Positions 52,793 through 62,367 of a DNA stretch of 64,000 nucleotides are shown here, one piece after another. The notes below the pieces were generated by a model. That model had not been told where the DNA came from. It ran no database searches and saw only the letters and a program-made list of their open reading frames with translations. Origin of the DNA: Moorena sp. SIO3A5 (GTDB lineage Bacteria > Cyanobacteriota > Cyanobacteriia > Cyanobacteriales > Coleofasciculaceae). The translations under genes were made by a program, and so were the position numbers. The stretch is taken from contig NZ_JAAHHD010000019.1 of the NCBI RefSeq assembly GCF_010672205.1, positions 95,963 to 159,962 on the forward strand, in the 5' to 3' direction. Within the stretch, counting starts at the first letter, position 1; each line of letters opens with the position of its first letter.

Positions 52793-54139
52793 CTAGTTTT
52801 TTGACACTCCCCGGTCGCGCATACGCGGGGATTCTTCATTCAACGAGCCAGCTTGCTGAACCTGGCCGGAACCAAGAACAGTAGAGGCCGATTCTCCTGA
52901 AGCGTTTAGATATTTTAAGATCCAGGTTCCGGTGTGCCCCACCGTACCCAAGGCTTTCTTAAGGATGTTTATTGCGGCGTTGTGGTCTCTATCTAACTGA
53001 CAACCACACTTGCACGTATGAGTCCTAGTTGATAGGGACTTTTTAACTTCTTCGCCACAATTGGAACAGTTTTGGCTGGTATATGCAGGATTTACTGCAA
53101 CTGTTACCTTTCCGAACTTGGTGCCAAAGTGCTCCATCCATTTCCTAAACTGATACCAACCTGCATCATTAATAGACTTAGCGAGGCAGTGATTTTTTAC
53201 TAGGTTCTTGGCTCTTAAGTCGACCTAGGCGACCAGATCGTTAGAACAGATTACGCAGCGCGCCGGAGACGAAACCTTAGAATAAAGAAGCCTTAATAAC
53301 AAAGATTTAACCCTTTTATGCATAGCCGACTAACCATAAAGGCTTCTTTATTCTTACGGTAACTTCGTTCCCAGTCTCTTGGCGTTCTCTTCACGTTGCC
53401 TACTTATCTTAAGGTGCTGTCTGCCTAGTCTATTAACTGCTTTATTTCGATTGGATGAGCCTTTCTTCTTGCGAGAAACTCGACGCTGGTAGAACTTAAG
53501 GCGTTTTTCTCCCGTTCTGTAAAAGCAGGGATTTGGTTCAGTTTTTCCAGCGGAATCAGTGTAAAAATATTTTAGTCCAACATCCAAGCCGATAGCTGTC
53601 CCACTTGGCTCTAGTTCCTCTTTGATATCAACTGAAACACAAAACTGGACATAATAACCATCAGCCCGGCGAACTATACGGACTCGCTTTATTTCCTTTT
53701 TATCCAAGCGCCACAAGTCCCATCTACCTTTAAGCTTAAGCTTCCCAATACCCTTTTTATCACTAAAGGTGATTGACTTCTTGTCAGGGGATAACTTCCA
53801 TCCAGACTGTTTATACTCCACTGAGCGGCAGTTTTTCTGGAACTTAGGAAAACCTTTCTTTCCAGGTACTTTTTTCTTGCAGTTATCAAAGAATCGAACA
53901 ATTGATGACCATGCTCTTTCAGCACTAGACTGACGAGCAGTAGAGTTTAATTCATTAGCAAAAGGAAAGTTTTTAGCAAGGACTGCACTGTACTTATTAA
54001 GGTCAAATTTGTTGACCCCTTTATTTTCCATCCAATACCTGAGGCAGCTATTACGGATGAACTGGACTGTCCGGATAGCCTCGTTGATCCCAGAGTATTG
54101 ATGTTTTTTTCCTTTCGCCTTGAACTCTAAAATGATCAT
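52793..54139 (-). pseudogene. tnpB: IS200/IS605-family tnpB (OrfB) remnant split into N-terminal (54139..53354) and C-terminal (53137..52793) pieces; about 70 aa including the RuvC-II region are missing
   Basis: The N-terminal piece is MIILEFKAKGKKHQYSGINEAIRTVQFIRNSCLRYWMEN…IGLDVGLKYFYTDSAG (RuvC-I). The C-terminal piece is …VAVNPAYTSQNCSNCGEEVKKSLSTRTHTCKCGCQLDRDHNAAINILKKA (the zinc finger and RuvC-III). A 216-bp non-homologous insert lies between them and contains a hairpin element. Confidence 0.8.
53265..53367. mobile_element. PATE/MITE-like hairpin element (family 'GGAGACGAAACCTTAGA…TTACGGTAACTTC'), copy inside the split tnpB
   Basis: ggagacgaaaccttagaataaagaagcctta-[loop]-taaaggcttctttattcttacggtaacttcg. 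It has a long perfect internal stem. Confidence 0.7.
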
Positions 54140-54147
54140 CAGCTTCT

Positions 54148-54250
54148 TAAAGTTACCGTAAGAATAGGGTCGCCTTATAACAACAGTTTTAACCCTTTTT
54201 CCATAGCCGACAAACCATAAAGGCGACCCTATTCTAAGGTTTCGTCTGGG
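54148..54250. mobile_element. PATE/MITE-like hairpin element, inverted copy at the 5' (LE) side of tnpB
   Basis: aagttaccgtaagaatagggtcgcctta-[loop]-taaaggcgaccctattctaaggtttcgtctgg. The stem sequence differs from copy 53265..53367 by compensatory changes, and the loop is conserved. Confidence 0.7.
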
Positions 54251-54409
54251 ACCTAAACTGTTCACTCCCTTATTTTACAACATCCAGACTAAAATTCCGG
54301 ATTTTCCTGAAATATTTTTCTAGGCGCGTCAAGCCGCTGTGAGCCTTCATCCCCGGTCATTAGACACGGGGTTTTCGGCTTTGGGGGATTTTTATAAAAG
54401 GACAGAGAT

Positions 54410-56467
54410 TTACGCGAATCTGTTCACAGCAGAAGCTGAGCCATCTTCTAGCTTTGAGTTAAAAGGAAGCTGAGCCTCTGAGTTCGCTAGTTCTTGAAAA
54501 TGAATAACTTCTTTACGGGGATCAGCATGACTGACTTTGACGTGTAAGCGATCGCCTAATTGAACCGAACGCTGGAAACGCATGGGCAATTCTAGACCTA
54601 ACTCTTCTAGGAGAATGTTGCCCTTATTCTCGTTTTCTCGCCACCAACTGAGTACTAATACTTGCCAAACCTGATTCGGGTTACGCCGCAAATATTCCAA
54701 TCCCCAATATTTGTTGGTATCACGTTCTACTTCACTAGCATCCTTAGCTGTTCTGGTTACACTCTGCATCGTTTCGAGCAAATCTTCAGCTTCAAAGGGT
54801 AGGGGGTCACCCCGTAGATGAGCTTTCAGCTGGAAATGAGTCATTAAGTCAGTGTAGCGGCGGATCGGAGAGGTTACCTGGGTGTAAGTTTCCAAAGCCA
54901 AACTAGCGTGGCGTGTTGGGGTAATGCTCATTTCGCTTCTAGGCATACACCGACGCATGGCACAGAACCGCACTGGACCGGCTGGCAATAGCAGCAGTTC
55001 TTCTTGGGATGGAAGTTCTGGCTGGGGTTGTCCTCGGAATGGTAGTGGAATTTGGTGCGCTTGACCATAGCGTCCAGCCACTTCACCTGCCAGAATCATC
55101 ATTTCTGCCACCATTTGCCGTGATGGTGAATCTTCTAACACCTCAATGGTAATTTGGTCATCATTTCCCACCTTGATTACCGACTCTGGCATATGGATGC
55201 TAATCGCCCCCTGAGACTTGCGCCACTTTTGCCGACGCACAGCCAAGTTAGCGATCGCAAACAGTTCTGTTTCTGCCTGTACCCCTAACTGCAACATTTC
55301 ATCTACATCTTCATAAGTCAGGCGATAGGTGGGTTTAATCAGGCTGGGGTGAATCTGATAGTCATAGATGGCACCATCTTGATCCAAGATCACGCCAAAA
55401 CTGAGTGCGCCACAGACTTGACCTTGAACCAAACTCATTGGACCAGTTGCCAGTTCCGATGGGAACATGGGAATCATGCCCGTGGGTAGATATATGGTGG
55501 TACTACGCCGTCGTGCTTCTAGGTCAAGATTATCCCCTGGCATTACCAAGCGGGTTGGGTCAGCGATGTGAATCCACAGACGCTGAGTGCCATCCTCTAG
55601 ATCTTCTATACTCAAACCATCATCTATTTCTTGGGTACTTTCATCATCTATGGTGTAGAGTTTCAGATGAGTTAAATCCAAGCGATCTGAATCTGGGTCA
55701 GTAGGAGGATTTGCCAGGTATTGCTGGGTCAATTCGAGTACCTCACGACGAAATTGAGTTGGGATTTTATGACGCAGCAAGTACTTCTGGTGAGGACGCC
55801 ACAAACCCAAATTTATCAATAAATCGAAGGCATTTTCTGGGTTTTGAGGGCGTTTTAGTGCTTCCAGAGTTTCCTGAACTGCACGAGATGGTTTATCTGG
55901 TTCACTAACGAACCGTTCTAGAGCATCAAAGCGAGTGCGATCGCTATCAACCCACTCTACTTGCTCACCCCCTAACTTTTGCTGTACTCGCTTCAAAAAT
56001 TCTTCTTGTTCCTGGTGCTTTGATTGAGCCGCTGCCAGTTGATGCTTGATTTCAGCCACCATGCTAGCGGAGCGGGGTTCATAGGTTTGTGCTTTTTGTT
56101 TAAAATAGATTTTGTCTTCAAACAGAATACAGTGTGCCGCATAGCACTGGGGTGGACTTTGCTCAGAAAATAATAACTGTGCCATGTCAGCACAGGTAAC
56201 CGCCTCTCCTTCTTCCACCAGTAATTCCCAAGCTAATTCTAAGCTATCTGGGTCTAGATAGGGTTGTACTCGAGCAATAAACTCTGGTATTTGTGATGGC
56301 TCATAAGTAGAATCTGCCACTGTGTAGGTGACTTGTCGAGGATGGAGCTTGTGCAGTTTCCCCCGTTGATCCAAAGCAATCAAGTGGTTCTTGCCCTCTG
56401 GACGATCGACAACAGCGAGATGGCGTTCTCCTTGTAAGCGAAATTCGATTAGTGTTCCCTTTTCCAC
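54410..56467 (-). CDS. RNase II/R-family 3'-5' exoribonuclease (RNB domain)
   Basis: 685 aa. The RNB catalytic region is …IDDESTQEIDDGLSIE…MIPMFPSELATGPMSL…, with a C-terminal S1-like tail. Its position next to rpsR-rpmG is conserved. Confidence 0.85.
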   Translation of the reverse strand: MEKGTLIEFRLQGERHLAVVDRPEGKNHLIALDQRGKLHKLHPRQVTYTVADSTYEPSQIPEFIARVQPYLDPDSLELAWELLVEEGEAVTCADMAQLLFSEQSPPQCYAAHCILFEDKIYFKQKAQTYEPRSASMVAEIKHQLAAAQSKHQEQEEFLKRVQQKLGGEQVEWVDSDRTRFDALERFVSEPDKPSRAVQETLEALKRPQNPENAFDLLINLGLWRPHQKYLLRHKIPTQFRREVLELTQQYLANPPTDPDSDRLDLTHLKLYTIDDESTQEIDDGLSIEDLEDGTQRLWIHIADPTRLVMPGDNLDLEARRRSTTIYLPTGMIPMFPSELATGPMSLVQGQVCGALSFGVILDQDGAIYDYQIHPSLIKPTYRLTYEDVDEMLQLGVQAETELFAIANLAVRRQKWRKSQGAISIHMPESVIKVGNDDQITIEVLEDSPSRQMVAEMMILAGEVAGRYGQAHQIPLPFRGQPQPELPSQEELLLLPAGPVRFCAMRRCMPRSEMSITPTRHASLALETYTQVTSPIRRYTDLMTHFQLKAHLRGDPLPFEAEDLLETMQSVTRTAKDASEVERDTNKYWGLEYLRRNPNQVWQVLVLSWWRENENKGNILLEELGLELPMRFQRSVQLGDRLHVKVSHADPRKEVIHFQELANSEAQLPFNSKLEDGSASAVNRFA

Positions 56468-56810
56468 CAGTTCTGATAACCCGGGTAGCGTTTACCAAAT
56501 CCACCTCCCCCCAGTCTATCCTGTGTTGTTGAGATACCCAACTCGGCAGACGGGGTCAAGTCTAAAGTCTGAAGTCTGAAGTCTGAAGTTGTCAGTGGTC
56601 AGTGTAACTCCTGGTTGGGTCGCAAGTTTTTAGTTAACCATGTCTTGATGCAGAGCGCGAGTGGGGGAATTCCCCGTGAGGCCACTGCATCGCGCGCCTC
56701 AGCCATCGATCACCCCATTTCATCCTTCATACTTCATCCTTCATCCTTCTTATTTGATATTTGATTCTTCACACGGGAAATATCCCAGAGGAAGACCGTG
56801 ATTGTTCACC

Positions 56811-57026
56811 TTAACCTTCTTTATTAATATAGGGTAGCAAAGCCAAGAACCTTGCTCGCTTAATGGCTGTGGTTAGCTTTCGTTGTTGTTGAGTCGTTAG
56901 ATTAGTAATGCGGCGGGGTAGGATTTTTCCCCGTTCAGTGATAAACTTGCGCAGCAACTCAACATCTTTATAGTCGATCGGTTCATCGGGTTTGATCGGA
57001 GAGAGACGTTTACGAAAGTAAGTCAT
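56811..57026 (-). CDS. rpsR: 30S ribosomal protein S18
   Basis: …[50 protein letters not shown]…. Confidence 0.9.
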   Translation of the reverse strand: MTYFRKRLSPIKPDEPIDYKDVELLRKFITERGKILPRRITNLTTQQQRKLTTAIKRARFLALLPYINKEG

Positions 57027-57100
57027 GATTGGTTGTGATTGGTGATTGGTTATTTAGGTTACTGGTTACTGATTATAGTCATTTGTTCTTTGGTAAGTAT

Positions 57101-57180
57101 TCAGCTATCAGCTATCAGCTATCAGCTATCAGTTATCAGTTATCAGCTTATGGGCTATCAGTTATCAGCTTATGAGCTAT
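57101..57180. repeat. Heptanucleotide STR (tcagcta / tcagtta)
   Basis: Direct reading of the sequence. Confidence 0.9.
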
Positions 57181-57479
57181 TAGCACGCTACTTAAGCTGC
57201 TTAGGTTTCTTTTATTCTGACGGCACCTGAAGTAGAGTGAGCCATTCGCGTAGCGTGACTCAAAGGCCAATGTTCACGGCTGACCACTGAATGCTTACAA
57301 TAAAACAGGTAAGCATTGGTTTAAGCTGAGTTACTTGAGCTGACCGCTGATAGCTGACCGCTGAACGCGCACGCGTGTGCGTAGCACATAAGCTGAATAC
57401 TTGTTCTTTGTTGCTTGTTCTTTGTCAATAGTCCATTTTCAATTAACAAATTCAATTCACAAATGACCAAGGACCAAAT

Positions 57480-57674
57480 CTATTTGATTTCTTTGTGAAT
57501 CATGTGCTTGTTGCAATGGGTGCAAAATTTCTTCAGTTCCAGACGTGATGATGTGTTACGGCGATTCTTCCTAGTGGTATAGCGGGAAACACCAGCCGAG
57601 CGCTTATTGGAGTAACTGCGACATTCAGTACATTCTAGAGTAATAACGATTCGGACACCTTTCTTACTTGCCAT
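57480..57674 (-). CDS. rpmG: 50S ribosomal protein L33
   Basis: [57 protein letters not shown] has the zinc-ribbon Cx2C…Cx2C. Confidence 0.9.
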   Translation of the reverse strand: MASKKGVRIVITLECTECRSYSNKRSAGVSRYTTRKNRRNTSSRLELKKFCTHCNKHMIHKEIK

Positions 57675-58185
57675 AGTTTTTTTTCTAAGAACTCAAATAT
57701 TACAATTAAACACAATTTACTATTATCTCATGGGATGCCCCAGTCTATCAAGTAGATGCAAAATTGCTCAAGTCTCGGGAAAAACCTCACGCCTTGTTGG
57801 CACCATCATCGTGCAGGGCAATCTGGTCACTGACAAGGGCAGCCCACAGTAGTATCCTTGAAATGCGATTAGCTAGACCAATCAAGCCAATCATCATCGC
57901 GCTTTAGTGCAGCGAAGCCAACCATGCTCTCCAGTTTAGTTAGAGTCAGTAACCGGTGCAAGGGTAACGAATCTAACCTCAAGAATCAAGATAACCGAAA
58001 GCCCACTACCCTAAACTCTGAGCCGGATTGGTGTATAATAGCACGACTCCCGTAACTAGCCAGACCAACTCGAAGATCAGCATCTGCAACATATAAAAGC
58101 CAAGAGTATTTTTGATCAGGAGTGAGCTGACCAGCCATACTCCTACAAAATCGATATCGAAAGCAGCAGCCCGCCACTCTATTGC

Positions 58186-58281
58186 TATAGCAGTCGCCAG
58201 GGCAGTTAGGACATGACAAAAGTCTCACACCCTTTGTAAGCGCAAGAGTTTGACTTCTGACAAATGACTTCTGCTATACCT
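58186..58281. repeat. ~100-bp element with 'TATAGCAG…CTGCTATA' termini (copy 1); the second copy is at 59462..59570
   Basis: ctatagcagtcgccagggcagttaggacatgacaaaagtctca…ttctgac…ctgctatac is duplicated 1.28 kb downstream with the ttctgac heptamer expanded. Confidence 0.7.
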
Positions 58282-58670
58282 TAGGGAAAGCGGGGATGAA
58301 ATGGTTTTCTAGTGACATACTCCCGACGCTGACAAGCACGGTACAGCGCGGGCTTCATTAAACTAAGCCAGTGAGTCACCTCTGACTCGTCTTCAAAAAC
58401 GTACGTGATACTTTCGCATCATACGGCTCATCATTACAGTACAATCCTTGACATTGGCTCCTCTAGAACGGATTTTCATCTAACTCTTTTGAGTTGGTTT
58501 TGCTTCCGTGTTTGGCATCATGGCAATGTAGGTGTAATAATTCGAGATTTTTGTCTGAATTATTTCCATCCAGTGCGCGTGGTATTATATGGTGCTTTTC
58601 CAACAAATCTCCATCTCTGTTCGCGAAGCGTCGGCTACGCCGAAGGTAAGACCACTGCGGAGTGCATTTC

Positions 58671-58778
58671 CGGAAACGAAACCTAAGATAGGGTCGCCTT
58701 ACTACAAAAGCGCCGTTACCTTTTACCCATAACCTACCAACGTTTGAAGTTACCCTATCTTAGGGTAACTTCAAACCC
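58671..58778. mobile_element. PATE/MITE-like hairpin element (solo copy)
   Basis: …gaaacgaaacctaagatagggtcgcctta…gaagttaccctatcttagggtaacttcaaaccc. Confidence 0.6.
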
Positions 58779-59010
58779 TTCTTGCCGTTTCAAAAGCCTT
58801 CCCGGAGACGAAACCTTAGAGAGGGTCGCCTTATTAAGCCCACCTACTTACGTCGTGTTTTATTGTATATTAATTACGAAGAGTATTCGATGTGCCTTGC
58901 GCGCATTCTTGAATGTACAACCAGCTTCTGGAGAAACCATTGGCTTAGACGGCAAAGTCCTTAAAGGTTCAGATCAGATTGAAAACGATAATCCCAATTC
59001 CGACTCCCAA

Positions 59011-59115
59011 GGAGACGAAACCTTAGAGAGGGTCGCCTTATTTCATATAACTTAAAACTATTACCCATAACCTGTTCCTATAAAGGCGACCCTCTCTTAC
59101 GGTAACTTCAAACCC
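59011..59115. mobile_element. PATE/MITE-like hairpin element (solo copy; a half-copy is at 58804..58840)
   Basis: ggagacgaaaccttagagagggtcgcctta-[loop]-taaaggcgaccctctcttacggtaacttcaaaccc. Confidence 0.7.
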
Positions 59116-59122
59116 AGCAATT

Positions 59123-59400
59123 ATGTTGGTCAGTTCTTACATTGTTGAGCGGGGCTTGATTTTAGAACCCTTTGAAGTTGATGCCAAAACCAACGAAATT
59201 AAAGCTTTACCAGAGTTGCTCAAGAAACTGGCTCTAAAAGGAGTTGTCAATGCCAATGATGCTATTAATACCCAAAAAAAACTTGTGAATTTATCGTCAA
59301 CAGTGGCAAGGATTATATAGCTGCTTTAAAAGGTAACCAACCAAGTCTATTTCAAGATGTTAAAACAAATTTTAGACCGGAATGGCTCTTCCGGCAATAT
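59123..59400 (+). pseudogene. ISAs1-family transposase fragment (frameshifted)
   Basis: …EVDAKTNEIKALPELLKKLALKGVV…. In the next frame comes …YIAALKGNQPSLFQDVKTNF…. This matches the conserved ISAs1 block 'KSNEI.A.P.LL…L.G…T.DAM.CQ…DY..ALKGNQ..L..DV'. Confidence 0.6.
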
Positions 59401-59461
59401 GGTGTAAAATGTAGCTAGTAATACTAAATGCTGTTAACCGACGGATGGACTTTCATCTAGA

Positions 59462-59570
59462 TATAGCAGTCGCCAGGGTAATTAGGACATGACAAAAGTC
59501 TCAAACTACAGTATGGCAAGAGTTTAACTTCTGACTTCTGACTTCTGACTTCTGACTTCTGCTATACTTT
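59462..59570. repeat. Second copy of the 'TATAGCAG…CTGCTATA' element with (ttctgac)x5
   Basis: See the 58186..58281 copy. Confidence 0.7.
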
Positions 59571-59825
59571 GTTAAATTTACCGAATGTAACCGTGTTCAC
59601 TTCTTATAAAAAAGAATAATTTATAATATTGAATTTGGATTTATTAAATGAAGTAATTAACTGTCCTAAGTGTCAAATTTATACGAATGACATTAATCAA
59701 AATCGACCAATTTTAGTGCGAGATTTATCCATATAGCGCTTTTTAGCCTCATCAGGTACACATATTTTTTTCCCTCTTCCCTCTTCCCTCTTCCCTGCTC
59801 CCTGCTTCCTGCTCCCTAAAACCTT

Positions 59826-59871
59826 AGGTGCGCTTTCCGTTGGCGAATTAAATTCGCCACGGGTCGCACCT
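59826..59871. repeat. Dispersed palindromic element (copy 4)
   Basis: aggtgcgctttccgttggcgaattaaattcgccacgggtcgcacct. Confidence 0.7.
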
Positions 59872-60039
59872 CAAAAACTTGTACCTTACTAGATTAAAAA
59901 CCGCTATATGTGGGCAAGGAGTATACTTACAAGTGCCTCGTCGTCAATTTTATTGTTGTCACTGTCAAAACTACTCAACTGAACCTTTAAGCTTTATATA
60001 AATGGGTCGTAATTATACAAAAATGGATGAATAATATAT

Positions 60040-60495
60040 CTATAATAAAGTTCAAGAATTAACAGTGGCACAAGTAAGCAAAAATGAACAATTAAGTCAA
60101 GAAAAAGTCGAAAAAATTTTTAAAATAATCCATAAGCAAAAAAAAATACTGGGTAACTCCACAACGGTTAAATATAGATGAATTTAGTCGAGCAAAAGGA
60201 AAAATAAAATTTGTTACCGTTGTTTGTGATATTGATAACAGTTATTTATTATAAGTAATTGACTCTCATAAGAGTGAAGAAATTATAGAAGTACTCAAGG
60301 AGCAACCTATTGCAATCAGGGGAAAAATCAAAGAAGTCAGTGTAGATATGTGGGGTGGATTTCAGAAAGTTGTCAAGGAAGTTTTTCCGTTCGCGTAGCG
60401 TGCGCGTAGCGCAAATGCTAATCTGGGAATAGATAGATTTCATGTCATAAAATTAGTTAACAAATCTCTGAACAAAATTCGCCTAGAGTTAGAGG
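60040..60495 (+). pseudogene. ISL3-family transposase fragment (interrupted by a short inserted repeat)
   Basis: …LSRAKGKIKFVTVVCDIDNSYLLEVIDSHKSEEIIEVLKEQPIAIR.KIKEVSVDMWGGFQKVVKEVFP then (inserted ttcgcgtagcgtgcgcgtagcg) NANLGIDRFHVIKLVNKSLNKIRLEL. This is the DDE_Tnp_ISL3 block '..D.F…G..Y.T.V.D…L…V.DM…Y……FP.A…DRFH..K'. Confidence 0.6.
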
Positions 60496-60630
60496 GAATG
60501 GGGAATGGGGAATGGGGAATGGGGAATGGGGAATGGGTAATGGGGAATGGGGAATGGGGAATGGGGAATGGGGAATGGGTGATGGGTAATGGGTAATGGG
60601 TAATGGGTAATAGGTAATAGGTAATAGGGG
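60494..60630. repeat. Heptanucleotide STR (ggggaat, then gggtaat/aggtaat), about 19 units
   Basis: Direct reading of the sequence. It produces a spurious 78-aa ORF on the minus strand. Confidence 0.9.
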
Positions 60631-60859
60631 GAGCATGTCACTAATGCCTAATATTTGTACATTATCTATAGCCCCCTCATGGGTAAAAGCCAAGCTGATC
60701 TGGTAAATAGTTCATCTGTTCTGCAACTAAGACCGGCTCAATAACATGATTTTTGTTGTTTTGTCAAGTAGTTCATTTGTTAGGCTTATTTGACCTGCTC
60801 CCCATCAAGACAGCGTGCCCGTAGCGCATTAGCTGACCGCTGAATGCTTACAAATCAAC

Positions 60860-60932
60860 AAGCGGGTGATCGGACTCGAACCGACGACGTTCAGCTTGGG
60901 AAGCTGACATTCTACCACTGAATTACACCCGC
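60860..60932 (-). tRNA. tRNA-Gly (anticodon CCC)
   Basis: The reverse complement is GCGGGTGTAATTCAGTGGTAGAATGTCAGCTTCCCAAGCTGAACGTCGTCGGTTCGAGTCCGATCACCCGCT. It has a 7-bp acceptor stem, a D-loop AGTGGTAGA, the anticodon stem-loop tcagc-TTCCCAA-gctga, a T-arm GGTTCGAGTCC, and discriminator U. CCA is not encoded. Confidence 0.9.
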
Positions 60933-61336
60933 AAACCTTTAACTATTATTTAACTATTATTGGTATTATAGCAGTTCTTAATTGGGTCAGGTACTTCACC
61001 CGATTGAGCATTGCTAGATCAAGTGCGCAAGAATACCCATCATAAAGAAGATTGATAGGGAGATGGGGCAGATTTTTATTAAGGTTAATTACCCGGACAG
61101 GATCTGATCGGGGCCTTCAGCTTGGCTTTTTGGTAAGCTGTAGACAAAGATTAGCCTTCCCCATTGCTGCTAGTATAGCGCCCAAGGATCACTTAGTAAT
61201 GCTTTGAGGTGTTAACCCTAAGCGAGCTATACAAAAGGTTAAACTACCAAAAATTTAAATCTACCAAACTAGTAAAACTAAGCCAGTGTCATGGGAATAC
61301 TGGACTTTGTCTTAGCATTTAAGTCAATCAAAAATC

Positions 61337-62212
61337 ATGTTTAACACCACTGAAATTCTAATTAACGCCTTTGTTATAAGACTCCGGGAAGGCTACCGCC
61401 GAACTTACGGGGGACTCAACCCTGACAACGAAGATATAATTGCTTGGGCTGGCAGCATGGCAATGGAAAATATTGCCAACAGTGATGCCCTCTATCACAA
61501 TGTGGAACACTCCATCCTAGTTACCCTCGTCGGACAAGAGATTTTGCGAGGCAAACATATCCGTGAAGGTGGTGTAACTCCTGATGATTGGTTACACTTT
61601 ATCATTTCTTTGGCATGTCATGATATTGGCTATGTTAAAGGAGTATGTCGCCAAGACCGAGAAAATGAACGACTCTACGCTACTGGTCAACATGGGGAGA
61701 TGGTTCATTTACCCCAAGGCTCTACCGATGCTGCTCTGACGCCTTATCATGTCGATCGGGCAAAATTATTTATTGATGAGCGCTTTGGTGGTCACAACCT
61801 GATTGATGCCGAGTTTATCAAGCGCAACATTGAACTGACTCGTTTCCCTGTGCCGAAGCAAGGGGATCATCAAGATACAGGTAACTATCCTGGATTAATT
61901 CGCGCCTCTGACTTGATTGGTCAACTGAGTGACCCACGCTATCTCAAAAAAACTAGTGCTTTGTTCTATGAGTTTGAAGAAACTGGATTTAACAAAACCA
62001 TTGGGTACCTCCATCCTGGAGATCTGCGGCAAGGCTACTCTAAGTTTTACTGGAATGGGGTATACCCTTATATTCAGGATGCCTTGCGTTACCTATCCTT
62101 AACTCAGGAAGGTCAACAAATTACGGCTAATCTCTTCTCCAATGTCTTTGTGGTCGAACACTCACACAATCACAATGGACTGGGGAAAATGACACAAAAG
62201 GTTAATGTATAA
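61337..62212 (+). CDS. HD-domain metal-dependent phosphohydrolase family protein
   Basis: The H…HD motif is spaced HNVEHSILVT…LACHDIGY. 291 aa. Confidence 0.55.
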   Translation: MFNTTEILINAFVIRLREGYRRTYGGLNPDNEDIIAWAGSMAMENIANSDALYHNVEHSILVTLVGQEILRGKHIREGGVTPDDWLHFIISLACHDIGYVKGVCRQDRENERLYATGQHGEMVHLPQGSTDAALTPYHVDRAKLFIDERFGGHNLIDAEFIKRNIELTRFPVPKQGDHQDTGNYPGLIRASDLIGQLSDPRYLKKTSALFYEFEETGFNKTIGYLHPGDLRQGYSKFYWNGVYPYIQDALRYLSLTQEGQQITANLFSNVFVVEHSHNHNGLGKMTQKVNV

Positions 62213-62367
62213 TCAGAAATTATGAACGGTGTTGAGTGAAGGGTGTTGAGTGAAGGGTGATTGGATCAGATTTCGATACCATCTTTGTATGGGTGAAACA
62301 TAGCTAATGCAAGATACGCCCATACAAAGTAAACACGAGGTGCTTTTCGCGCTTTCGGAATAATCCT

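Noticed and set aside
58744-59055. 103-aa ORF containing 'GDETLERVAL' twice
   Set aside because: It spans two copies of the hairpin MITE. The repeats create the illusion of a protein repeat.
60457-60693. 78-aa ORF 'PIPHSPF…' on the minus strand
   Set aside because: It is simply the translation of the ggggaat heptamer array. It is not a gene.
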